DNA from: Welwitschia mirabilis
Lineage: Eukaryota
Length of the DNA stretch: 20,000 nucleotides
Direction: 5' to 3'
Assembly: GCA_051453625.1 (NCBI GenBank)
Contig: JBOZIK010000001.1
Span: 35,907,262 to 35,927,261 of the forward strand
Shown: in pieces, positions 10,550 through 20,000 of the stretch
Layout of the letters: each line of letters starts with the position of its first letter
How positions within the stretch are numbered: position 1 is the stretch's first letter
Program-made: the position numbers and the translations under genes
The notes under the pieces: model-generated
Seen by the model: only the letters and a program-made list of their open reading frames with translations
The model's database searches: none
What the model was told of the DNA's origin: nothing

Positions 10550-11990
10550 TGTTCATGTATGGTATCATGAACTGAAATAAAGCAAGTGATGACCTAGTAT
10601 CATTCTTTCCATAGGGATATTTGTGGTATACTAATAAAAAATGATGTAATAATCCAATCTTGTAATAAAATAAAATAAAATAGAAAATCTAAGAATTGAG
10701 AGAATTTAGTAAACTAAGGTTGGTGATGTAGAAGACAAACATGCTCTAGAGGTCTAGCTTGGCTTATTCAATAACCCACCTTCACTTCAAAAATTCTTGT
10801 AAATTTTGTCACATAAAATTCAAATCATTAGATCATGATAGCTCAGGCATGGTAAGATAGTCTCATTCACCATATGAGTGTTGGTGAATTTAATGGTCAC
10901 TATAGTTCTTCATAGCTTTTTATGAACATATAAAGTAAGTATGATTATCCTTATGATCTAACATAATAGTGACTAAAACCAAATAGTAAACTTAGAGAAT
11001 TTACTTGGTTCTAAAGATCATGATGATGTAGTCTTATCTAAGAATTACTAGTGCCATGTTAATGTGAACTAGAAATAAAATAATAAACAACTACTATAAT
11101 ATTAACAATAAGAAATAATCTCACCTAAAATTACTAATATGTATTAGTGTGTACTAGAAATAAAAGAATTAATAAATATTCCTTGTATTATTTTAGAAAA
11201 TACATTACATCAAGAGAGGAAGATGAACCTGAAATGAACTCCTCAAATTAGCCTTAGATCAAGCCTCCTCTTAAGGGACTTAATAATCCATGACATCGTG
11301 ACACTTTAAGTATTCCCACTATTTGCCCAATTAATGATGTTTCTAAATGAGAGTTCAAGAACCTTTTATAGGTAAGAGAAGAATTAAGGTAATTGAGAAC
11401 CTTGGCTTGTAGTGGTAGGTGAGGTGGATGGACTCCATCCTATCGTGTAAGGTAGAATCTTCATCATTTAGTATTAGGTAGGTAAGATTCTATTTTGTAG
11501 CATTTGGTGGAGGTCATTATATAGCATTAGGGAGATAATATTCTATCCTATAGCAGTAGGTAGAGTCTTTATCATTTAGCATTTAGTGGAGGTTGTCTTG
11601 TAGTATTTATTAGAGGTTGTTATGTAGCGTAGCTAGAATGATGAGTCCAACATGTTGTGTTTGAAGATAGATTTCTCAACTAAGTAGTGCTATCACCGCA
11701 TGTTTATAGTGCCATCTCCACATGCCTTTGCCATATGTCTTTCAATGCTACTACTACTTGTAACTGCTCCATCTCTTTGTTGACACATTATTTTATGTAG
11801 AATTATGTCCATCTTCCACCATGTATTCCAAAATATGGATAAAGATATGCTATTATTATGGTAAAAATCATAAGATTAAGTTTTGTTTTGAAAATAATAG
11901 AAGACATATTTTATAATTAAATTAATATCTTCATTTGTAATAAATCAGCCTGAAACACTTCATATAAATGTCATTTTTTACATGTTAATA
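10550..11990 (-). repeat. E2 5' LTR (1441 bp)
   Basis: Direct repeat of 4123-5764. Minus strand starts TATTAACATG (TG mutated to TA) and ends ...ATGAACA. It is flanked by the TSD on the outside and the PBS on the inside. Confidence 0.92.
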
Positions 11991-12560
11991 ACTATCTAAT
12001 ACCAATTGTGAGAATTATTGAGTTCTTAACTAATGAAGATGTATCTATTAAGCATATAATTCCTTATTTTAATTGATACTGATACATATACCATATTTAT
12101 ATAATGCCAATGCATTCATATAGTACCATGTAAGACAAACTTATAACTATCTATACCTACTCTAGAAATGAAGCATAACTTAAATGTCTAAATGCCAAAT
12201 ACCACTATAACAACTTTGATTAAACTTATCATAAACATGAATAGCTCCAATGTTAAGTAAAGAAAAGTTTTCAACTACATTTCTCTTTACTTGTAAACAC
12301 ATTATTTGGGTTTGTTTACCACATATTGATAATCTCTAATAGCCAACCATATTTTCTGATAAAATAATCCTATCATTATGCATAATAAAGAAATCAGTTT
12401 TAAGAACTCATAGTTAAAATAATTTTTATATGCAAGTACTAGAACTCCTTTTGATCAAGTAGATTGATCATAGTATTGGTAATTTTCTTTATAGTTAGAT
12501 AGTAGAGTAGAGAAGTAATTTCATTTTATATGAGTATTTTGATGCTAAATTATTTGTTTT

Positions 12561-13645
12561 TGATGGGGTATTTTGAGTAGTTTTGCAATACATTTAGATA
12601 ATTTTATGTGGAAAACGATGATTATTAATAGTCAAAGAGAAAAAGAATTTTGGATAAATTCTAATACATCACATGTTGAGGATGAATTAATGTTCTACAA
12701 AGCCAATTTAACTTTATGAAAGAGCATTAAAAAGGCCATCATCTAGATGACACTGCTAGATGACAACACTTCTAAGATGATTAAGACGTTGACTGGACCA
12801 AGATGATGCTAATGTGGACCTCTATTGATATGACATCATCTCTTACATCATCTAGATGACATGCAGGATGACCACCTAATTCTAGTTAATGTACCAAACT
12901 CCATCAAACTTTTGCAATGTGTTATGTGCCCTCTTGTGCATCCATTAGGGTTTTATCATGTCTATTAGGTTTTCCTATTTTTGGGTCTGTAGTTGTAAAT
13001 AAATACCACCTTCATCCTTGACTCTGATTGCATCTTATTTGGTACTAGAAATTCTCATGATAGGAGATTGAAGGGTAGAAAATCCGTTTATTAGTTACAG
13101 AAAGAAGTCTTCCTTGGTGTTAGGCTGTGTTTCCTTCATTGAGATGTTGCTACTTTATAATAAGATTTTGATCATCAAGGACAACTTTTATCAAGGTTGA
13201 AAAATGTTGGTTTAGGACTTGCATTACATTTTTCATTTCATAGCTTAATCATTGCATGTTTTTCATATTCTATTTGATGCACTTGATAGCTTAGGTTGGT
13301 TAGGGTTAGTGATAGTTTCCTTAATTAATCTAGAGTATATAGGGTAGAACTTAGTAATAGAGATTTGGTAGTCGGATAGATATTGCATTTAGAGTAGTTT
13401 GAATTTTGCATTGCATAGTGTGTTTACTTTTCATGCATTTTTTATTTTCATTTAAAACCATAAAAGAAAAACACCAAAAATACATTGCTCGAAATCAATC
13501 CTCTTTATTCTTACCTAGTATATTTGGTGGATTACAACATGCAGGTTGACTCTTGTCTATAGTAGTATGTTGTATTTGTGCATATATTTGTAATTAATAA
13601 GATTTAATAAAGCATGTAACATTTCCATAAATACACACTACAATA
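12561..13645 (+). repeat. E3 5' LTR (~1085 bp)
   Basis: Starts TGATGGGG and ends CACTACAATA (E1: CATCACAACA). Internal blocks such as AATTCTCATGATAGGAGAT.GAAGG (~13049) match E1 1560-1584 reversed. Confidence 0.8.
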
Positions 13646-13648
13646 TTC

Positions 13649-13666
13649 TAGTGCTATTATTAAGAA
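13649..13666 (+). promoter_or_regulatory. E3 primer-binding site (tRNA-Asp type, heavily eroded)
   Basis: TAGTGCTATTATTAAGAA aligns positionally with the E1 PBS. All 10 mismatches to TGGCGCCGTTGCCGGGGA are C>T or G>A. Confidence 0.65.
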
Positions 13667-14270
13667 AGATCTTAAGGAGTTTAAGGATTGTCGTTACCCA
13701 GATAAGTGCTTTGGATTTTAATTTAGGTATTTACTTGTAATAGTATTATATTTTTTAACTATAAATACCATAGTTTTTCTTTTTACATTTTTTCACATTT
13801 TTTGTTTTTTATTCTACATTTTTCGAACCTGTCATCCTTCTTGTAGTCCAAATGACATAGTCGGATGATAGCTTAGAGTTAGGGTTTTTTTATTATTTTT
13901 GTGTAGGTTTGTTTTCATTTTTTGTAACTTGATAAGTCTATATCATCTCCTCTATCATCCAGATAGGATAGTAAGATGATTAATAGTAGATTTATATTTT
14001 GGTTTTCAGTGATTTTATTTTCTGTTTTCTTTGTTTTCTATTTTCTAGTCATCCAGAATATCATTCAAATGATGACTGAGATAACAAATAGACAAACATT
14101 TTGCTAAGCCTGCAAGAACATGATAAAATCTGTTAAAAAATTANNNNNNNNNNNNNNNNNNNNNNNNNNNNNNNNNNNNNNNNNNNNNNNNNNNNNNNNN
14201 NNNNNNNNNNNNNNNNNNNNNNNNNNNNNNNNNNNNNNNNNNNCAGACATTTTGCTAAGCCTGCAAGGAC

Positions 14271-17200
14271 ATGATAAAATCTGTTAAAAAATTAAAATAT
14301 CTAAGGGAACAAAGCTTCATCAAGAAAAATATAAAAAAAGCTTACTCAACAATAAGTAAAACTCAGGAACACTTATTCAAGATACGTAATTTCTAAGATT
14401 TAAAGAAAATTTTTCTGCTTTTATTTTCTTAGAATCAAATTTTTCAAAGAGTAGTAGTGAAAATAATAAAATAAAAGTANNNNNNNNNNNNNNNNNNNNN
14501 NNNNNNNNNNNNNNNNNNNNNNNNNNNNNNNNNNNNNNNNNNNNNNNNNNNNNNNNNNNNNNNNNNNNNNNNNNNNNNNNNNNNNNNNNNNNNNNNNNNN
14601 NNNNNNNNNNNNNNNNNNNNNNNNNNNNNNNNNNNNNNNNNNNNNNNAATAGAAAATTGTTCTTGTTTATCCTTCTCATTCCCTTCTAAGAATAATGATA
14701 AGAACCCAATTTGTGAAATATTGGCTGAAATTAGAGCTAAAAGAAGAAGAAATTCTAATAAAAATAATAGAAATATACCTCTTAGAGAAATTCTTATAAA
14801 AAGAAGATGGGCAACTCCAAATAGAGTTGAGATTAGAAATTGACCCTTTCTCTTTTCAACCATCTTATTTTTCCCATCTTTCTTTCCAAGTTTCATATGA
14901 AAATGATAATGAAAATGTGCAACATTTTATGGATTTCACCTTATCTAGTGAAACATCATATAATTAATTTAGTGAATCCATTTTCTCTCCCATGAACTAT
15001 TTTGAAGAACAACCCTCTCCCATCAATTATCATGAAGAAGAAGATATATCCACCACAAATTATTATGAACGAAGAAATAACTATGTTTTAGAGATGCTTA
15101 ACAAAATGAAAAAGAAGCAAGAAGATATCAATAAGAAGATGGAAAATATGATTGAGATTCTTTGACAAAACTTATTGTAAAATCAACAATCTCAAGGTTA
15201 TTTTACAACTTAAACCTATCCTACTACATTTCACCTTAAGAGTAATGAGGAGGACTTAGAAATAAGTAACAATGATTCTTGCTTTAAAATAGAAGGTAAA
15301 GTTATGGATTAATAAGTAGAAGGAGATGGATAACAAAATAATAACAATGATGATGCACCTTCATTCTTCAACAATATGGATGAGGATGACTATTTATCAA
15401 ATGTTGAGATAGGTTATAACTCCATTCTCTTTCTATTAGAAAATCAATATGAAATAAAAGAATTAATTTAATAAAATTTTAAAAATTCTTTAATCTATAA
15501 GGAAGATAATGATCATATTTATCCTTCTAATAAATCTAATGAATTAGACATGCAATAAAATGATGAGGATGATAAGGAATGAGATAATGATTATGAAGTA
15601 TTGGATCATATCCCTAGTTTTCACTTACTTTATGATGAGGATGAAAGAGTTCAATCTTTAACAGAAGTCCAATGTATGAGATTAAGGGATAATTTATGTA
15701 ATAAAGTGAAATCAATGGAGAATTAACATAATAAAGGGAGTTCTCCACGTTGTCGTCCAGATGATAAGCAGTAATAGCAACTTAATAACTAAAAATAAGG
15801 ATTACAGTTTAGAATTCACTGGAGTATCCAATAGAGAGGAAGATGAATCAATCCCAGAAACATTAGACAATCTTCCATCTCATAATGAAGATAATGAGAA
15901 CTTTTCTTTTTATTATCTTTTTACAAATCTTTTTGATGAATTAACCAACTTAGAGAAACATAATAATCCTCAACAAAATAATAATGAGTTGAATAAAAAA
16001 GAGAAAGAAATAACCAATGATAATGATATAAAAAATGAAGAAGAGGATGATATTATCAAAGATAAAAATGAAGAAAGTAAAGAAAGAATTCAATCAAGTA
16101 ATATTAAAATTAACAATGAGGAGGATAGGAATAAAGAAGAATCTTTTGATTCCTCTCTCACCTTTAAACATTCCAGTAATTCTCCAAATGAAATTTCTCT
16201 CCTTGATTCTAATGAAACACATCACCTTGAGGAATCTACTCCTAAAATCTCTAAATCTTTTTCTTTTAAAACTCCACATAAAACTTAGAGTAACATCTTT
16301 TCCTCTTTCACAAATCCCACTTTACCTTATGGTTTTAATGATTATTCTGTTAAAAAAAATACTTGGGATATTTTGGAACTCTAAATTGATGCAAACCTTA
16401 TCTNNNNNNNNNNNNNNNNNNNNNNNNNNNNNNNNNNNNNNNNNNNNNNNNNNNNNNNNNNNNNNNNNNNNNNNNNNNNNNNNNNNNNNNNNNNNNNNNN
16501 NNNAAAGCCCACTTTACCTTGTGGTTTTAATGATTATTCTGTTAAAAAAAAAATACTTGGGATATTTTGAAACTCTAAATTGATGCAAACCTTATCTTCT
16601 TGATCCAAATCCATGCTTAGAATTAAATCTTAAGAGGCTTCTTAAGTATGTTAAACCTATCTTGATCAATCACCCTAGGAAGTTTCTTTAAAAGCCTTGG
16701 ACTTTTAATAATACCATTAATGTCTCCCATGTTTAATATCAAGCTTTGAATAAAATCTATGATTCATATTCTTTATATCATGAGTTTGATAAGAGATTGT
16801 TTTTCTAGGAGTTATCTCTTATATTACTAATACATTTTGTGGAGACAAAATATCATTTGATCATGTTAATTGGAAAGAGTCTTATATCTCTAATAAAAAT
16901 CCATCTCTTAAACTACATGATAGAGAGCTTCTTAGACATTCTAAAGAGCCCTAAAAAATTTCTTAGATGTTTTCTAATTTCTTACATGTATTATATGATG
17001 ATAATACTGATTTATGTCATTTCAATAAGAAATTATTCTTTAATGAGATTTANNNNNNNNNNNNNNNNNNNNNNNNNNNNNNNNNNNNNNNNNNNNNNNN
17101 NNNNNNNNNNNNNNNNNNNNNNNNNNNNNNNNNNNNNNNNNNNNNNNNNNNNTTACTAATACATCTTGTGGAGACAAAATATCATTTGATCATGTTAATT

Positions 17201-17500
17201 GGAAAGAGTCTTATATCTTTAATAAAAATCCATCTCTTAAACTACAGGATAGAGAGCTTCTAAGACATTCTAAAGAGCCCTAAAAAACTTCTTGGATCTT
17301 TTCTAATTTCTTACATGTATTATATAATGATAATGATGATTTATGTCATTTCAATAAGAAATTATTCTTTAATGAGATTTATCACTTTTTCATCTCTTAT
17401 TTAAAGTTTCAAATTTGTGCTATCAAAGTTTTATCCTTTTATTATCTAATTGATTTTACTAAAAAATGATTATATACTTTTTATGCTTTATTAATTAGTA
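14271..17500 (+). pseudogene. E3 degenerate gag-derived ORF with long acidic low-complexity region
   Basis: NKNNRNIPLREIL (~14760-14797) matches E1 NPNANVTLRNLI. Frame +1 at 15088-15228 reads LEMLNKMKKKQEDINKKMENMIEIL*QNLL*NQQSQGYFTT*TYPT, resembling the Athila gag coiled coil plus QGxLPSQTxxNP linker. An N/E/D/K-rich tract follows, including open stretch 15761-16288. Many stops are TAA/TGA, compatible with CAA/CGA deamination. The 3' end is approximate. Confidence 0.55.
14986..15072 (+). repeat. Three in-frame 30-33 bp tandem units (SPMNYFEE / SPINYHEE / STTNYYER)
   Basis: TCTCCCATGAACTATTTTGAAGAA, TCTCCCATCAATTATCATGAAGAA, TCCACCACAAATTATTATGAACGA. Confidence 0.65.
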
Positions 17501-18214
17501 AATATTTGACTTGGTCCTTATTTTTCTGAGAAAATGCGATATCTTAGGACCATCGCCTTAGGAATTATTTTTTTTCTTTCTTGCAAATAAAGTATTAAAT
17601 AGAATTTAGGATTTAAATAAAACTTATTTTTAGTTTTGCTTAGTATTTCATTTTGGTTTTATGTTGTTATGTTTTTATACTTAGCTTTTAGTTTTTTCAA
17701 TAAATTAATCTCTAAATGCTTAGATCTTTATCTTTTATAGAAAGTGCATTTTTAGTGGCTCACTTGAAATTTCTGATTTGAACATGAGGGAAATTCAAAA
17801 AAAAATGGATAAGGGTTAAAAATCTATGATTTATCAATCTTTGAATATGATAGATGCAATTATTTTAAAATTCCTCCTACCCTTATCTGAATTCTTTTTT
17901 AGCCGATTCTTTTAATGGACATCATGCTATCACTTAAACATCTTTAACTTAACTTATGTTTTACTTTATAAAGTTACCATGACTAGTAATTTTTACTTGG
18001 GTATTAAAGTGATAAGATCAGATTCACCCAATCTTAAGACATTTCCATGACTATGAACTTCATTTTGAAGAAAGATGCTTTAGTTTTTTATGTTTTTATT
18101 AATGGTATGAGTATTTGATTATTTGGAGGTGTCCTTTCTTATCGTTTATCTCATTTCTTTACCTTCAGCTTTGTGAGTATGTGGTCAGTAGGATTTACTT
18201 TGTGAAGTATTCAA

Positions 18215-18256
18215 AGAGAGTGAGAGAACAAGAGAGATAAAGAGAGAGAGAGAGAA
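18215..18256 (+). repeat. Interrupted (GA)n microsatellite / purine tract
   Basis: AGAGAGTGAGAGAACAAGAGAGATAAAGAGAGAGAGAGAGA. Confidence 0.8.
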
Positions 18257-19865
18257 TAATAACCATGATCTATTGTTTCTATGCTAAAAACTAGGATAAA
18301 TTTTCCCGAGAGGGACCTTACATAATGTTGGTAGCTATCAGAACTCCATTAGAGGTCATTTCGCCATGCTTCGTGGGTTTCTACTTCTCTGACTATGGTA
18401 TACTCCCTGCATCATGGATTAAAATAAAATACTTTGAGGCTACGGGATCAATGGTATTCCTAGTATTATTAGAGGCATTACTTGTTTCCTAAACTCATTG
18501 AGCTTACAATATTTCTATACTATCATTTCACTTTTGAGGTTTTAGGTGTGTTTTGGGGTGTTAGTAGGTGAGTCCATTTCTAAAAGGCTTTTGATCTTAT
18601 AATTCATTTTTTAAAAACATTATTTACTTAGCATTGTCATAATTACTACCTATTCAAGTGGTACTTTATAGAGTTTTTACATTATGTAATGCATTCTTAA
18701 TCAGATGATTTTATGATTACTTCTATAAGTATTAGCTAAGTTTGAATTTAAGGTAGGTACAAAATCTTATTCATATTCCTAAGTTGTCCTTTTCTGTTTT
18801 ATTTTTCTTAATTTTTTTCTTTGGGATTTAAAAGTTATTTTCATACTTTTTTATCACAAATGCATAGAACTTGATCATTTAGTAGCTTTCTTACAAATTT
18901 TATTTATAGAAATTAATTTTCTTTTAGCAAATAATGTTTCCTTAGTTTATGATGATAATTTTTTTTTTATCTTTTCAAGTTTAGTTTTTTAATTTTCTTT
19001 TTGAATTTTTATGCATCCAATAATTGTGAGTTCATGGCATANNNNNNNNNNNNNNNNNNNNNNNNNNNNNNNNNNNNNNNNNNNNNNNNNNNNNNNNNNN
19101 NNNNNNNNNNNNNNNNNNNNNNNNNNNNNNNNNNNNNNNNNATCCTTACTCAGATGATTTTATGATTACTTCTATAAGTATTTGCTAGGTTTGAATTTAA
19201 GGTAGGTACAAAATCTTATTCATATTCCTAAGTTGTCATTTTCTATTTTATTTTTCTTAATCTTTTTCTTTGGGATTTAAAAGTTATTTTCATACTTTTT
19301 TATCACAAATGCATAGAACTTGATCATTTAGTATCTTTCTTACAAATTTTGTTTATAGAAATTAATTTTCTTTTAGCAAATCATGTTTCCTTAGTTTATG
19401 ATGATAATTTTTTTTAATCTTTTCAAGTTTAGTTTTTTAATTTTCTTTTTGAATTTTATGCATCCAATAATTGTGAGTTCATGGCATATTTTAGAATTTT
19501 CTTACCTTGTATGTTATAGATTCATCTCCTTATCATGCCTTGATTTATCATGATTCTTAGCCATTTTTCATCTTTTAGACTCTTTAATNNNNNNNNNNNN
19601 NNNNNNNNNNNNNNNNNNNNNNNNNNNNNNNNNNNNNNNNNNNNNNNNNNNNNNNNNNNNNNNNNNNNNNNNNNNNNNNNNNNNNNNNNNNNNNNNNNNN
19701 NNNNNNNNNTGCATAGATATTTTTTGAGGTGCATCATCTTTCTATTTCATGTTTTTCGTCCTCTTTATAACCCTTCTTTCATGTGTAAAATACTTCTTCT
19801 AGGCTCACTTGTTTTGCTTATTTGTACTTAACTTGAATATTAATCTTTTTCTTTTGACATTAATG

Positions 19866-19906
19866 CAATACGAGACATATTGATTCTCTTGTGAAGTGGG
19901 GAAGGA
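19866..19906 (+). promoter_or_regulatory. Candidate internal PPT of E3 with small upstream hairpin
   Basis: CAATA-CGAGACA-TATTG (5-bp stem), then GAAGTGGGGAAGGA, then A-rich sequence rather than an LTR. It resembles the internal second PPT of Athila (CATTGAGGACAATG...AAGT.TGGGGG). Confidence 0.45.
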
Positions 19907-20000
19907 CATATGTTTTAAGATATTTTAAGAAAAAAATAAAATTTTTAAGGGTTATTTTCACATTTTCATGAGACATGTCTATAGTGTACTAATTTAATTA

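Larger units (their letters stand above)
4123..11990 (-). mobile_element. E2: structurally complete, non-autonomous Athila-like LTR retroelement with 5-bp TSD ACTAT
   Basis: Direct repeats at 4123-5764 and 10550-11990. ACTAT lies immediately outside both ends (4118-4122, 11991-11995). PBS at 10527-10544 and PPT at 5765-5793, both on the minus strand. No RT, RNase H or integrase motif was recognised in the 4.8 kb interior. Confidence 0.92.
548..19709. other. 13 assembly gaps; the nine 100-N gaps are each flanked by near-identical duplicated sequence (unmerged overlaps or haplotypes)
   Basis: 100-N gaps start at 548, 4910, 7022, 7623, 10151, 14144, 16404, 17053 and 19042. Each has ~50-350 bp repeated on both sides, e.g. 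18693-19041 versus 19142-19488. Sized gaps are at 1996-2478, 8835-8892, 14480-14647 and 19589-19709. Confidence 0.95.
12561..20000 (+). mobile_element. E3: Athila-like LTR retroelement of the E1 LTR family, apparently non-autonomous; 3' LTR not reached in the window
   Basis: The 5' LTR and leader are homologous to the E1 reverse complement. PBS relic at 13649-13666, degenerate gag-derived ORF at 14271-~17500, then a long T-rich non-coding region. Assigning 17500-20000 to E3 is inference. Confidence 0.75.

Noticed and set aside
12452..12470. TGATCAA-GTAGA-TTGATCA hairpin
   Set aside because: A single 7-bp stem in AT-rich DNA is expected by chance and has no supporting context.
15761..16288. 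175-aa N/E/K-rich ORF as an intact host gene
   Set aside because: It is an open stretch within the stop-riddled E3 ORF, and its ATG falls inside a palindrome relic.
16824..19488. Direct repeats flanking 100-N gaps (e.g. 16824-17052 / 17153-17382, 18693-19041 / 19142-19488) as tandem duplications or CRISPR-like repeats
   Set aside because: All nine 100-N gaps show the pattern with near-identical copies, which is typical of unmerged contig overlaps or haplotypes.
399..19831. ORF-track entries spanning N runs (e.g. 399-755, 1944-2575, 4833-5053, 10048-10326, 19522-19831)
   Set aside because: Their length comes from X codons. The flanks are low-complexity or duplicated and show no protein family resemblance.

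Overview
AT-rich, CpG-depleted, gap-riddled eukaryotic sequence, most likely land-plant intergenic or heterochromatic DNA from a short-read scaffold. I see no intact host gene, rRNA, tRNA or CRISPR array, and most ORF-track entries are artefacts of N runs. Almost the whole window is three decayed Ty3/Gypsy Athila-type LTR retroelements, each with a relic tRNA-Asp primer-binding site (PBS). E1 (<1-2986, minus) runs off the left edge. E2 (4123-11990, minus) is complete, with two ~1.45 kb LTRs, PBS, polypurine tract (PPT) and a perfect 5-bp target-site duplication (TSD) ACTAT, but no recognisable pol. E3 (12561->20000, plus) shares E1's LTR family in inverted orientation and runs off the right edge. 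A younger, GC-richer 150-bp tRNA-derived SINE with a 17-18 bp TSD sits in E2's gag-derived frame. Other notable signals: E2 and E3 share a capsid-less, pol-less ORF layout; a dispersed TCGTCCGGACGA palindrome decays to TCATCTAGATGA; and C>T/G>A erosion is heavy and extends beyond CpG sites. All alignments were done by eye.
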